DNA of 64,000 bases, from the NCBI GenBank assembly GCA_002633005.1, contig NMRA01000023.1, positions 705,339 through 769,338 on the forward strand, in the 5' to 3' direction. Within the stretch, counting starts at the first letter, position 1. Each line of letters starts with the position of its first letter. The DNA comes from Phoronis australis (taxonomy: Eukaryota > Animalia > Phoronida). The notes under the pieces are model-generated. The model had not been told where the DNA came from. It was given only the letters and a program-made list of their open reading frames with translations, and searched no databases. The translations under genes were made by a program, and so were the position numbers. Below are positions 54,501 to 64,000 of this stretch, one piece after another.

Positions 54501-57500
54501 CTTGTTTGGGTGTTATAAGGGAAGACAGTCCAATCTTACTTAAAGGATGTCGATTAAAATCAACTCAGAATCTAGTTTCAACAAAGACATACGATTTTNG
54601 GGGGTTTGAGTTACCCCAAAACGACTGGCGTTTTTGCTAGCACGTTTACTTCAAAGGACAAACATGCACAGCGTTAGGAGGTACTTGTTCAATAGTCACA
54701 TCAATCAATTTATGACAAAGAGTGAACATAGGCTATTTTGAAATAAAATTTCGCTAATAAGTGACTAGACTGTCTGGATAAAGAGCTACCGTTTCGCCAA
54801 TGAACCTGCTAACGTTTTTCCCGGTCACATGAACCGTCATTGTACATGTACATGTACATGTATTTGTTAAAAACTACAGTACAGAATGACAATAATTTTG
54901 ACAGGTTGACCAACCCTTCCAAGTTTGAGTTGTCTCGTAGTCACCAATAGCAGACGACATCTAGATTCGTTTTAATCGTAGGAATCAATTGCTGTCACGG
55001 GAACGAATATTTTGAGACCAGTTCTTCTTAATCAGCACAATTCAAGTCTCCCTTGTTTGGGTGTTATAAGGGAAGACAGTCCAATCTTACTTAAAGGATG
55101 TCGATTAAAATCAACTCAGAATCTAGTTTCAACAAAGACATACGATTTTTATAAAAATATTCATACTGAAGTAAATTCAAAGACCCGGGAAAACAGAAGC
55201 CATATAAACAACATCAGCCTCCGTACGGCCTTGATGTGAAGCTTATATACTTGTATAGGCGCACGCCTCTACGTATGAGACAGTTGAGTCGATGTTCTTT
55301 GAAGAACACACATGGTTATGTTTATCCAAAAATCATTTGAAAGGAAGGAAATTCACCGTAGTAAACACATACTGTTGTTTAAATAACCCCAGGGTTACCA
55401 TTTGCTTTCGTTGTGAGGTAGCAAATCGCAAATATGAACACAGTTGTTATATTGAACCTGTTGATTCAAAATACTCCTATTGACAAACGATAAAAAATAT
55501 TGATCTACATGTAGGATCCGCTTTGATGAATATTGAGACAGCCTCCAAGGAAAATCGGGACAAACACGTTTTGTTTCACAACGGATTCAGCAAGTAACTA
55601 AATATTTGCTCGATTGGAGTAGTGACACCATTTATATGATGCACAGGTTGTGTTACCGGTAACTAGGGTGGCCTGTATGAGTCTTAGAATTCTAATTTTT
55701 ACCGTAATGTGCTACCAAAATTGTCATCACACGCCCAAAACCAAGTTTCACTTCTTGGAGCGCGGTTGAGTGGCCTGTTAGAAAAGAAACTGTGGTGACA
55801 TGTTTGCAGATCTTCAAACCACAAAATGGCGTAAATTTTGCATTTTACAATCTAGTTCAGCGACACTAACATAATCATTTGGCTTCCCAGCAGATGACAG
55901 CCGTAGCCCCACCTACTGGCTCACTCTATAAATTGTCGCACTTACTTCACAAACAATTAACCACAAATGGACACAACGAAAAATGGAATTTTGTGCTTCA
56001 GAAGTCTGTGCAAACTGTGGTAGTTCGAGGATTTCAACACCTTGTGCAGTTCCGACGGTCCGTGGTCTTAGTGTACCATTCGGTGTTTTTGAGAGACAAT
56101 TGCCCATTTTAATGCCTTTCAACTAAAGCTTCATTTCTCTCTTTTTAGCTGGCTCAAAAACGAAAATCAACTTAGTTCTTTTAGTCTCATAAATTTGGCA
56201 TCATTAATATTCCATGCCAGTACAGGATTCCGTTACCGAAAAATTAAAATCAAAACCATCAGGAACTCAAGAAAATGCTTCAGAGTTTATTGGGGTTGGA
56301 CAACCTTTACATTGCAAATTCCAAAATGGCGCACGTGCACATTGTTAGCATTAAACTGGTCCCCAGAATTTATGTATATGGCATTTCTCAGGATTGGCGG
56401 CTGTTTTGAAGAATGCGTTGAAAACAATTCCAAGGAAACTGATTTGCTAGTTCTTTTGAATGAGAAAAGCCAAGTTTGTTTAGCCTTGAGCTACTTTTGA
56501 TGCAAAATGGTGGCTGCAGTTTTCTTTCAACCATTGTCGCCTGCTGTCTTACTAACCGGGTACGATTTCAAGTGGCTGTTAAACAGATCAAATTTGTCAA
56601 AAAGCAGCTGGTAAGGGGCATACTACAACCACATTTTTAGAATCTAGAGAGAACTGGCATTCCGAATCTGTAGTCAGATTTTTCTAGCACTTGCAGGGAA
56701 GTGGTAATTTTGGGGGAGAAAACTGTCAAATTAGGGTTTTTTGGTCTTATTTTTCTATGCCGGGATTTTTTTGCTGTGAATAAACTCGGCGATTAAAAAT
56801 CAGTAACATAATTAAGTCTCAGTTATCACGGGTAGTGATTGTGAGTTAGGAATGCTACAAAATCCTTTGATTTTTCAGACTCTTGATACGCGCGTGAGGA
56901 AAGGACTCATCTCTACTTAGGTGTGCATCGGCAGTCAAAATCTTGTAATAACTGTATTGTGCCTCCACTTCCCGTGATTTGAGATGACGGCTCATTCGGT
57001 AACAACTCAAGATCAGATAAGCGTGTTGGAGTTTTAAACCTCAAAGCGCTTAGATTAAGAATTCAACATGGACACCTAAACAGCATTGAAATACCGCTTT
57101 AATCATATTACAAAGTTGAAAAACAGTATCATGAATTGTACAGGATTGCTTTCGTCCGTAACGCTCTATATTTGAAAAACACCCAAAACCAAATTGTACA
57201 CTGTATACACAGCGGTAATGGCGTGCCAATTAATGTGACTTTGCAGTACCAATTCCTTTTTATCTCTAATTTAGAGCGTAGAGTGAGTCTGGTCAGTTGA
57301 AACACACATGTATCACAACAATGGGATTTTTCTCCAAATGGCAGTCAACATGTATACGTACATGTACCTCCATTATTCTAAGTTAACACAAAGACATTTT
57401 ATCGGTGCGTCACAAGAAACTGTCAGATTGAACAAATTAAAATGGCATTTTGGCTGCATAGATTTAAACTTTTAACAGTGCATGTATACGCAAAAAATCA

Positions 57501-60500
57501 AATTCTACAGACTTCTCCTTTTAGATAAAACTTTTGATGAGCTTAGTTTTATAGTTTTGAAGAATTTGACAGAATACGAATACTGTTTGATAAAGTAAAA
57601 CGTAACATTTGGTTACGTTATCGGCATGGTTCGTTTACCTATAAGTATCTTCAATACATTGACGCTATTTGTAAGCGACAGCTATTACCTTCCCGGTTCT
57701 TGCTTGTATCTAGGCCTTCCCAATTATTTTCTAGGCAGGACAACGCCACTGCGCGGAATGAATCCTCAACATCAAGACATTACAAGGGCAGCAGCCGAGG
57801 ATAGGGAGGCGGACGTGTCGGACAGCAGGCAACAATAACTATAACACAAACTAACAGTACCTGCCTCTGTAGCTGCGGGAATTGTTAGTTTTCAAGTCCA
57901 CTTACTTGGAGTTGTAATGATTTCAAATAGGTTACTTTCTTCAATGATGACGCTGGCATTGACGGGGAAAATATCCGAGAGGTCCATAGAAGCAGAGGCT
58001 GAAATAAAAAGGTAAAACTGTACCGCTGAGCTGTTCTAGAAACTAAAATCAAACCTATCTATCTCACCCTTTCCAATAAAGCGGTATTTAACGTGCTCGC
58101 GTTTTTGTCAAAAACCGAGATTTAGGCCAATTATTCTTAAAATTGGCCCAATCTCATCTTGGATCGTACTCAGTTGTGTTCTCGGAAAGAGCTTGCACTA
58201 TATTTCCTCAGACCAAACTCATGAAAATCTAGATCACGACATTGTCGCTAAAAGGCAATGGAAATGCTTGTACCTGATCACGTATTAGTATCGACGAAAT
58301 ATTAACTGTTTTCCTTAACCAGTGTGTGGTCTCGAAATCAAAGTGAAGTTGAAGAAATACCTCTATTCGACACCAGAGACCCTCGTGATATCTTTTCTGC
58401 GGTACACTTAACTTCAAAATTTAATGAAAAGATGAGAATCACGGATCGTTCGGGTTAAGCTTTGAAACCATCGTTGTAAAATTTTACTTTAATGTGGTTA
58501 CTAGTTTGCCTTGTCTGCGTCTAAACCCCATGAAATTGAAAATCTTACAAGAATTAAATTAAGTCTGTAACATAAAATCCAACGACATGGCAACATTTTC
58601 CAAAAAAAATCATCTATGATCGATGGTAACTGCACAGTATCGCTAAAAATTTCTTAAAAGATGACATAATGTTAGTTTCTGTAATAATGATATTGTAATA
58701 CTGCAGCTTAGACTCTTTACCGTTCCCGCTAAACACGTTAGTGAAACAAGGAATTAATCTATGTACTCTAAAATCTAGTCAAATCTACCACTTGCATGAA
58801 GATGCACTAAAGTAAACTTAGAAAATTAGTATTCGAATCATTGATACTGTCTGATAAGTTTCGAAAGGTGCGAATCTGATTGGCGCCTGAGTTGGGAGAT
58901 TTTACAGTCGTAAAATGAGCCAAGCAACTACATAATGGATTGCGACAAGTTATTGCCATTTCATCCCAAACACGGAGAACTGAGCTACACACTTGAAAAA
59001 GTCAAGAACACTTAACGAAAGTTTATCGATAAAGTTTCTATAGAATTCAAGTTCTCGAGAATCAGTGTCTGAGTGGTCGCGACTGGGAAAATTTTAAATT
59101 AGTCTTTCATCGACAACGGGAACGAGTGAGAGTTGCTGGTGAAAAGTAAAACAGTTCAAATAAGACGTTCTTGTGTCCAACACACCACAGAAAAGTGCCT
59201 TTGGTGCATTTGCATGCGCCCGGAAAGCATTTTACACCGACGTTTTCGCAATAGAAGTCATATACATGTAGAATGTAATTAAGTATCACACATTCCATCT
59301 TTGACTCCATTCACCACTCAGAAAATTCCCAAAGATAAAAAACTCAAAGATATACGGTACACGAGTTCCGTCCAGGCGGCACTTAAAGTAGCGCAAGTTG
59401 CACCAGGGCAACTTGCGCCCGATCAGCCGCATGTCCAGACGACAATCACACAAGTGATATCAACAAGTAGGACAGGGCGCAAATCATTTTGCTCATATCA
59501 TTCTAATTCGTTTAATATTTTCGGCCACAACCGTAAAAGGCCGGATTTCAAGAAAACAACGGCTGGCAATATTTCCCTTGGAACTTTCGGTTACTTTATT
59601 TTATTTATCGTAAGTTAGCAATGAAAAAAAATATCAGGAATGTGGTGTGAGTTTCGCAATTGGCGCAAGCGTGTAACTAACAATTTACTTCTGCATTGCC
59701 CAATTCGCTGTTCACACGAGATCTTGAAGTGGGAGAAGTTGACCCTAGACAAGGTGCGCTACCTCGAAGAGGTGGGGTAAACTGTCACACCTGTGTCAAG
59801 TTGCACTACTTTATTTTTATCCGCATGTTCACTTGAAGTAGCACAGGCTGCACCTGGGGCAACTTGAGCTAGTTTCAGTAAGCGCCCTCACGCAGCTAAA
59901 ATATAGGCACCAATCAAATGTTCTACATGTCATATAATGTTGTTTCAATGGTGTTATATCGCAGCAGAGCACTTGCCATGACTTATAACCTATTTGGTAT
60001 ACAAACCATGCCTTTATCATTGTTACCAAGAGCATTATGCATATATTGCTTACTATTACTCATGTACTAAAGCACAAACTCGTTCCTCACTTTTGACGGT
60101 TGACTGGGGTTAAAGACCATTTTTGTTTCACAGCTTCATTGCAATTATTCCAACAGGATTTCTAACGCCCTCCTCTTAACCGCCAAGTTCCATACTTACG
60201 AAGACTGAGTGAGTTTATGCCGCTAGATGTCTCATGGGCGCCTTCACTGGTAATTGGTACAGCACTGAGTGGTGGCGTTGACAAGTGTGTAATGTAAGAA
60301 GTTTTGAAATGGTCAGTTGAAGGTAGCCTTGTAGCTCCGATTATGCTTGGACTAGGCAGCCAATCAGATTCTGACAGAGATGGAGTTATACCTGTCCATT
60401 CTAATGACTTTGACGGTTGAAGGCTGTTCAAGTCAGATTTGGTGAAATCTCCAGATAGTGATGGAGGAGCACTGTTCCGTTCTTCTGAATAAGACGCAAT

Positions 60501-62552
60501 AATATTAGTCAAAATACCTGTGCCACCCAAGCCTATTGACGTATGTGAGGCAGTACTGTTCAATCTATCCGTGCTGTTCCGTTTTTCTGAAATAGATGGA
60601 TAGTCTTTAGTCCAAACAACTGAACTGTTCCATACTTCTGACGTAGATGGAGATGTAATATTCCATTCATCCGTGTCGCTCCACTTTGCTTTCGAAGACG
60701 GATTGATAGTAGTCCAAATATCTGTACCCTTCCACCCGTTTGAGGTAGATGGAGTAGTAGTATTCCGTTCATGTGTGCCGTTCCATTGTTCTGACGTAGA
60801 GGGGTTGACACTACTCCAAGTATCCGACCCATTCCACCTTTCTGATGTAGAAGGGGCAGTTCCATTCCATTCAGCCGTGCTGCTCCAGTATCCCGACGAA
60901 GATGGATCGACGCTAGTCCAAACATGTGTACCATTCCTTCCTTCCGACGTAGATAGAGGATTAGTATTCAATTCATCCGTTCTGCTCCAGTGTTCTGACG
61001 TAGCTGGGGTAGTATTCCATTTGACTGTGCCGTTCCATCCTTCAGACACAGACAGATTCATATTAGTCCAAATAACTGACCCATTCCATGTTTCTGACGT
61101 AGATGGCGTGGTATTATTCCATTCACCCGTGGTGTTCAATATATCCGTGTTGTTCCACTCTTCTGACGTAGATGGATCAACGTTAGTCCAAATATCTGTT
61201 CCGTTCCACCCTGTTGACGTAGACGGAGTAGTACTATTCCATTCCTCAGTGCTGTTCCATTCTTCAGACATAGAAGGGTTGACACTGGTCCAAGTATCCG
61301 ACCCATTCCACCTTTCTGACGTAGAAGGGGCAGTACCCTTCCATTCATCCGTGCTGCTCCAGTATCCCGACGAAGATGGATCGACGTTAGTCCAAATATG
61401 TGTACTATTCCATCCTTCTGACGTAGATGGGGAATTAGTATTCCATTCATCCGTGCTGCTCCAGTATCCCGAGGAAGATGGATCGACGTTAGTCCAAATA
61501 TGTGTACTATTCCATCCTTCCGACGTAGATGGGGAATTAGTATTCCATTCATCCGTGCTGCTCCAGTGTTGTGACGTAGCTGGGGTAGTATTCATATTAG
61601 TCCAAATAACTGATCCAGTCCATGTTTCTGACCTAGATGGCGTGGTATTATTCCATTCACTCGTGGTGTTCCATGTATCCGTGTTGTTCCACTCTTCTGA
61701 CGTAGATGGATCGACGTTAGTCCAAATATATGTACCATTCCATCCTTCTGAGGTAGATGACGTAGCACTATGATTCCATTCCTCAGTGCTGTTCCAATCT
61801 TCAGATGTAGACGGATTGATACTAGTCCAAATATCGGATCCATTCCATATTTTTGACGAAAATGGCGAGGTACTGTTCCATTCCTCGGTGTTGTTCCAAT
61901 CTTCAGACACAGATGGATTGATACTAGTCCAAGTATCTGACCCATTCCCTATTTTTGACGAAAATGGCGAGGTACTGTTCCAGTCCTCGGTGTTGTTCCA
62001 ATCTTCAGACGTAGATGGATTGATACTAGTCCAAATATCTGACCCATTCCATACTTTTGACGAAAATGGCGAGGTACTGTTCCATTCCTCGGTGTTGTTC
62101 CAATCTTCAGACGTAGATGGATTGAAATTTATCCAAATATTTGTGCTATTCCATCCTGCCGACGTAAATGGAACAATACTGTTCCATATATCCGTGCTGT
62201 TCCACTCTTCTGATGTTGATGGATCGATATTAGTCCAAAATTTTGTACCATTCCATCCTTCTGATGTAGATGGAGTAGTAATATTCCTTTCATCCGTGTT
62301 GCTCCATTCGTCAGATGTAAATTGGCTATTCAGTGCTTCAGACGTGGGGCTATTCCATTCCTCCGAATAATTCGACTGCTCGCTTGATGAACTCCAAGAC
62401 CAATCATCCGTACTATCGGAGATTCCGAATGTTCCATAGTCGGATGATGTTGAAGACTGCAAGCTTTCCAGGGAGGAAGTACTCCAAGTACATTGTGATT
62501 CCGAAATGAAGACAACTAACACAGTGATTAAAACAATCGAGCTTAAATTCAT
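27829..62552 (-). CDS. Multi-exon gene (26 exons, 2349 aa predicted): single-pass REJ/PKD-GAIN(GPS) cell-surface protein with Trp-rich and Cys-rich repeat N-terminus (polycystin-1/REJ-like)
   Basis: All 26 exons have AG acceptors and GT donors and join in phase without stops. Exon lengths sum to 7050 nt. Signal peptide MNLSSIVLITVLVVFISESQC; REJ/PKD motif LDGRRSSDPD...YTWSC; GPS CHFWD...WSTSG...CSSNHLS; TM LIIGLSVAGGLLTITIIVVVIIVVI followed by basic residues. Confidence 0.88.
28232..28342 (-). CDS. REJ-GPS gene exon 25 (Thr/Ser-rich stalk)
   Basis: catttcag acceptor, gtaaat donor, 111 nt, phase 1-1; TTSQAKLTNTTDSNMTTGSDITETTPSTTAATTKQS. Confidence 0.8.
28683..28919 (-). CDS. REJ-GPS gene exon 24 (GPS motif, HL|S)
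   Basis: VKNLSTPITI...CHFWD...WSTSG...CSSNHLSIF; ctctccag acceptor, gtgagt donor, 237 nt, phase 1-1. Confidence 0.9.
29604..29764 (-). CDS. REJ-GPS gene exon 23 (GAIN-B-like, ASDLVEISLVNP)
   Basis: cttttgcag acceptor, gtactt donor, 161 nt, phase 2-1. Confidence 0.84.
30410..30995 (-). CDS. REJ-GPS gene exon 22 (furin sites RRRR/RNRR; helical GAIN-A-like region)
   Basis: Within 204-aa ORF; ttgttttag acceptor, gtaagc donor, 586 nt, phase 1-2. Confidence 0.86.
31923..32241. mobile_element. MITE with CA(T/G).GGCGGAT termini and 5-bp TSD CACTC
   Basis: cataggcggatttag ... ctggatccgccactg; CACTC at 31918-31922 and 32242-32246. Confidence 0.6.
32455..32584 (-). CDS. REJ-GPS gene exon 21 (VCDAFAVCS...)
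   Basis: gtgtttcag acceptor, gtgagt donor, 130 nt, phase 0-1. Confidence 0.82.
33698..35065 (+). mobile_element. 5'-truncated RTE-X-like LINE (RT remnant) in intron 20, antisense to the host gene
   Basis: GTRQGCMVSPLLF, SDDMAL, LQRMLN.L..YC..W.M.VNLKKTKIIVF, YKYLG, LE.IHLKFCK..LG, IKYW, FRC.NH.L.VETG across several frameshifted frames. Confidence 0.85.
35873..36027. mobile_element. MITE family A, short copy
   Basis: ggaggatttagagggggg...ggccatgtccc...ggatccgcccctg. Confidence 0.55.
36297..36473 (-). CDS. REJ-GPS gene exon 20 (DALPITYKYG)
   Basis: REJ-type D.PxTYxY motif; gttacag acceptor, gtaagt donor, 177 nt, phase 0-0. Confidence 0.84.
37087..37235 (-). CDS. REJ-GPS gene exon 19 (LKRGSKFKFQVTVTN)
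   Basis: tatttcag acceptor, gtaagc donor, 149 nt, phase 1-0. Confidence 0.84.
37680..37910. repeat. Degenerate ~21-bp minisatellite built on TAGGCCTAC(A/T)TG
   Basis: About ten imperfect taggcctac/ggcctacatg units in intron 18. Confidence 0.55.
37970..38077 (-). CDS. REJ-GPS gene exon 18
   Basis: ccttcag acceptor, gtaagt donor, 108 nt, phase 1-1. Confidence 0.8.
38571..38694 (-). CDS. REJ-GPS gene exon 17
   Basis: tttttgttag acceptor, gtaaac donor, 124 nt, phase 0-1. Confidence 0.8.
39409..39621 (-). CDS. REJ-GPS gene exon 16 (YEFTLTVSKNERSSSTSVTV...PPK)
   Basis: REJ-type YxFTLTVSK motif; ttgaag acceptor, gtaggt donor, 213 nt, phase 0-0. Confidence 0.86.
40151..40266 (-). CDS. REJ-GPS gene exon 15 (FALDGRRSSDPDNSAIRMVYTWSCQV)
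   Basis: Classic REJ/PKD LDGxxSxDPD...YxWxC motif; ttctcag acceptor, gtaagt donor, 116 nt, phase 1-0. Confidence 0.88.
40586..40702 (-). CDS. REJ-GPS gene exon 14 (VTLTVSV...PLVAKVRG)
   Basis: cgttttag acceptor, gtatac donor, 117 nt, phase 1-1. Confidence 0.82.
40777..40832. repeat. (CA)n/(CACG)n microsatellite
   Basis: Seen directly. Confidence 0.9.
41259..41407 (-). CDS. REJ-GPS gene exon 13 (VELSSC...INYQWS)
   Basis: cgttcag acceptor (a second in-frame AG lies 6 nt downstream), gttggt donor, 149 nt, phase 2-1. Confidence 0.8.
42258..42571. mobile_element. MITE family A, inverted copy, with 5-bp TTCTT flanks
   Basis: caggggcagattcag ... aaatccgccattg; TTCTT on both sides. Confidence 0.6.
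42601..42805 (-). CDS. REJ-GPS gene exon 12 (YTYELCVSNFL)
   Basis: cgtttcag acceptor, gtgcgt donor, 205 nt, phase 1-2. Confidence 0.84.
43142..43411 (-). CDS. REJ-GPS gene exon 11 (start of REJ module: PKAVISGP...LSGERSSGGGGRDLNSYW)
   Basis: ttttttccag acceptor, gtaggt donor, 270 nt, phase 1-1. Confidence 0.86.
44618..44800 (-). CDS. REJ-GPS gene exon 10
   Basis: tttattccag acceptor, gtgagt donor, 183 nt, phase 1-1. Confidence 0.84.
44942..45178 (-). CDS. REJ-GPS gene exon 9 (Ig/IPT-like segment)
   Basis: ctcttctag acceptor, gtatgt donor, 237 nt, phase 1-1, open. Confidence 0.78.
45920..46151 (-). CDS. REJ-GPS gene exon 8 (IPT/TIG-like: FYGAGF...C.F...LIC...GLY)
   Basis: tatttgcag acceptor, gtacgg donor, 232 nt, phase 0-1. 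Confidence 0.82.
46613..46715 (-). CDS. REJ-GPS gene exon 7 (GKVRDACGVCGGDGTSCVALQSVTPKYVEMDSLT)
   Basis: atttttag acceptor, gtatgt donor, 103 nt, phase 2-0. Confidence 0.85.
47567..47723 (-). CDS. REJ-GPS gene exon 6 (DDFNNWAQ...DACFVCFGDNSTCADCDGVPFG)
   Basis: gtgttcccag acceptor gives the required phase 1; gtaaga donor, phase 2; 157 nt. Confidence 0.8.
48100..48670. repeat. Intronic low-complexity (CAT/CAC/ACT)n trinucleotide tract
   Basis: Pure (ATC)n at ~48447-48500 inside a degenerate tract; it generates the spurious poly-H/T/D/V ORFs. Confidence 0.9.
48723..48893 (-). CDS. REJ-GPS gene exon 5 (GNTSFAADFSESLYDCSGMCNG...RDCNGVCHDP)
   Basis: tttccag acceptor, gtaagt donor, 171 nt, phase 1-1; not in the ORF track. 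Confidence 0.85.
51607..51843 (-). CDS. REJ-GPS gene exon 4 (Cys-rich repeats DCYGDCDG...DCNGDCGG)
   Basis: ttgttatag acceptor, gtaagt donor, 237 nt, phase 1-1. Confidence 0.88.
52523..52735 (-). CDS. REJ-GPS gene exon 3 (Cys-rich repeats PCIYDCNGDCDG...DCA)
   Basis: tatttcag acceptor, gtaagt donor, 213 nt, phase 1-1. Confidence 0.88.
54024..55149. repeat. Near-identical ~570-bp tandem duplication across single-N join (probable assembly artefact)
   Basis: 54024-54598 vs 54600-55149; N at 54599; the copies differ by short indels and a few substitutions. Confidence 0.85.
57906..57998 (-). CDS. REJ-GPS gene exon 2 (linker SASMDLSDIFPVNASVIIEESNLFEIITTP)
   Basis: tttttatttcag acceptor, gtaag donor, 93 nt, phase 1-1, open. 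Confidence 0.72.
59374..59888. mobile_element. Putative MITE with palindromic termini
   Basis: aagtagcgcaagttgcaccagggcaacttgcgc at the left and a related aagtagcacaggctgcacctggggcaacttgagc at the right. Confidence 0.4.
60200..62552 (-). CDS. REJ-GPS gene exon 1: signal peptide plus Trp/Ser/Thr-rich repeat region
   Basis: 796-aa ORF from ATG at 62552; donor C|GTAAGT (intron starts 60199); 2353 nt, ends phase 1. Confidence 0.88.
60570..62350 (-). repeat. Coding tandem repeat, ~51-bp (17-aa) subunits grouped as 102-bp units, with a ~534-bp higher-order duplication
   Basis: PSTSE.WN.T..W repeated throughout. Near-identical 102-bp copies at ~61339-61542 and ~61790-62110. The gtgttgttccactcttctgacgtagatgga anchor occurs at 61147 and 61681. 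Confidence 0.9.
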
Positions 62553-63414
62553 CGCTCCAGGGTTTAATGCCGTATGGTTGCCTTGTCAAGCGACGCCAGT
62601 GTTTGAAGAGCAGGGTTCAACATCGATTGTTGCAAGACAATCAGAGCGAACAATTCTCTGGCGTGTGCTTCAATATCTTATCCTGGTAACCCCAATAAAC
62701 ATAATAACACAGCCCCGTCGCAATAATGGGAAAACTGTCTGAGAGAGTGCCTCGCAGTGGACATAGTTCCGCTAAGCAAACACGACGATAGCCACTGTTT
62801 GGTTTAGAATTTCACCACCCTTTCATTATCCTCTTAACCCACTCATTCACAAATGTAGAGCGAACGAACCTTTATAACAACATATTGCAATAGCACTGCT
62901 TCCATGTCGCTAAAATTAACCGAGAAAAATAAATATTGTTCGACAGACGTATTATGATTCGTATAAAAATATAACACTGCATTAGTAAAGGCTCATCGCC
63001 TTGCCACACTTCAATAACGGAAGCAGAGTTATGTTTTTGAAAAAGTAAGGTACATGTAATCACTAAAAGAGCGCGTAGTTTCAGGGATGTTTGCATGGTT
63101 TATTAAACGGCGGAGTATTCGTCAAGCGCGGACGAAAATGGGAAGATATTGTCATCTCTGGAGCTGAAAACTACTTGCACGGAACTCCAAAGACTACAAG
63201 GGGAGCTTGAAAACATTTGCTATACACCTTATTATTGATAGCAGTTATTAAATCATTCGCCAGGTTGGCACTACCGGTCACGCAAAGCAGCATGGGTAGT
63301 ATTTTGAAGTTCGCTGTGAGAATGTCGGTTGTGGTAGACGACACGTCATTGGATAAGCTAAATTTATTGGATGCTCTCGGGCTTAAAATATTTTTCAAAA
63401 CCGAGGGATGCCAC

Positions 63415-63552
63415 AATAAGCGAAAATTAGTTGAAGCTTGGTTCGATAGTCCGAGGGGCCGAGAGTCTGAAATTAAATTCCCCCGCCGACAGTGGACAAG
63501 AGTCTGCAGGGCCGACATTCCAAAAAGCAACGACACTTCGAATCTTTTATAA
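63415..63552 (+). pseudogene. Possible decayed BED zinc finger (hAT transposase N-terminus)
   Basis: KRKLVEAWF...RVCRADIPKSNDTSNLL* resembles the BED W.F...C..C...TSNL pattern, with the first Cys and final His lost. Confidence 0.3.
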
Positions 63553-64000
63553 ATTACCGTTTTTCCACCTTTGTGAATTTCTTGATGGTTAAAGCTTGTT
63601 ATACATATCCGACATCAGTTTGCTAACGTGGAAATATTTAACTAGTCTTGTAGAAAAGATGACAGTCACTGAAATAGCCTACCAAAATATAAACTGCTAG
63701 TCTTCTAAGGTTTTTAAAATGTCACAATTTTTACTAAATTCCACCATTCAAGTAAGTACAGTTTTTATTTTTACGGTATATGCGCGTATTTAGGCTCGTG
63801 CCTAAGTCTGAAGATAGTTTATATTTGCAATAAGTGCGTGCACATCCATATACATGCTTGGGCATTACGTGTTATTTACATCCAGATCAAGCATTTACAT
63901 TTGGTTTTCAGCTGAAATTTGGAGGCTTATGTCAAGATCTATTGAAAATTTCCAAAAATAGTTCCCCAAAACAACGCCCATTCAAAAAGAGAACTTTACA

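Noticed and set aside
55664-56919. Possible non-autonomous hAT-like element (TAGGGTGG... left end, gactcat near right end)
   Set aside because: The inverted match is short and no TSD was found.
60570-62350. Regularly spaced repeats resembling a CRISPR array
   Set aside because: The repeats are in-frame coding units with no unique spacers, no cas genes, and a eukaryotic context.
60673-62370. Long plus-strand ORFs (366 aa and 194 aa)
   Set aside because: Antisense shadows of the repetitive exon 1; the minus frame has the signal peptide and splice donor.
62871-62876. TATAAA on the minus strand ~320 bp upstream of the REJ gene ATG
   Set aside because: Common by chance in AT-rich DNA; no transcription start evidence.

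Overview
Eukaryotic, intron-rich, AT-rich animal genomic DNA, probably a marine invertebrate (inferred from GT-AG introns, the transposon types and abundant TACATGTA/TAGGCCTA motifs). There are no rRNA, tRNA or CRISPR features. The main feature is a ~35 kb minus-strand gene (62552 to 27829) that I reconstructed by hand as 26 GT-AG exons with consistent phases (7050 nt CDS including stop, 2349 aa). Its order is: signal peptide, ~600 aa of Trp/Ser/Thr-rich 17-aa repeats dense in N-glycosylation sequons, ~280 aa of DCxGxC cysteine repeats, IPT/Ig-like domains, REJ/PKD module, double furin site, GAIN/GPS (HL|S), Ser/Thr stalk, one TM helix and a short tail. It is a single-pass polycystin-1/REJ-type protein with no TRP-channel or 7TM part. 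The left 27 kb holds a candidate micro-exon secreted-peptide gene (~10519 to 9170, minus) with a 5'-truncated duplicate. It also holds decayed transposon remnants (THAP, RecQ-like helicase, Academ-like transposase, a LINE 3' end) and MITEs. An RTE-X-like LINE lies in intron 20 of the large gene. Two single-N assembly joins (7197, 54599) duplicate flanking sequence, and one of them exposes a ~2.3 kb indel. All calls come from reading the sequence by eye; no database searches were run.
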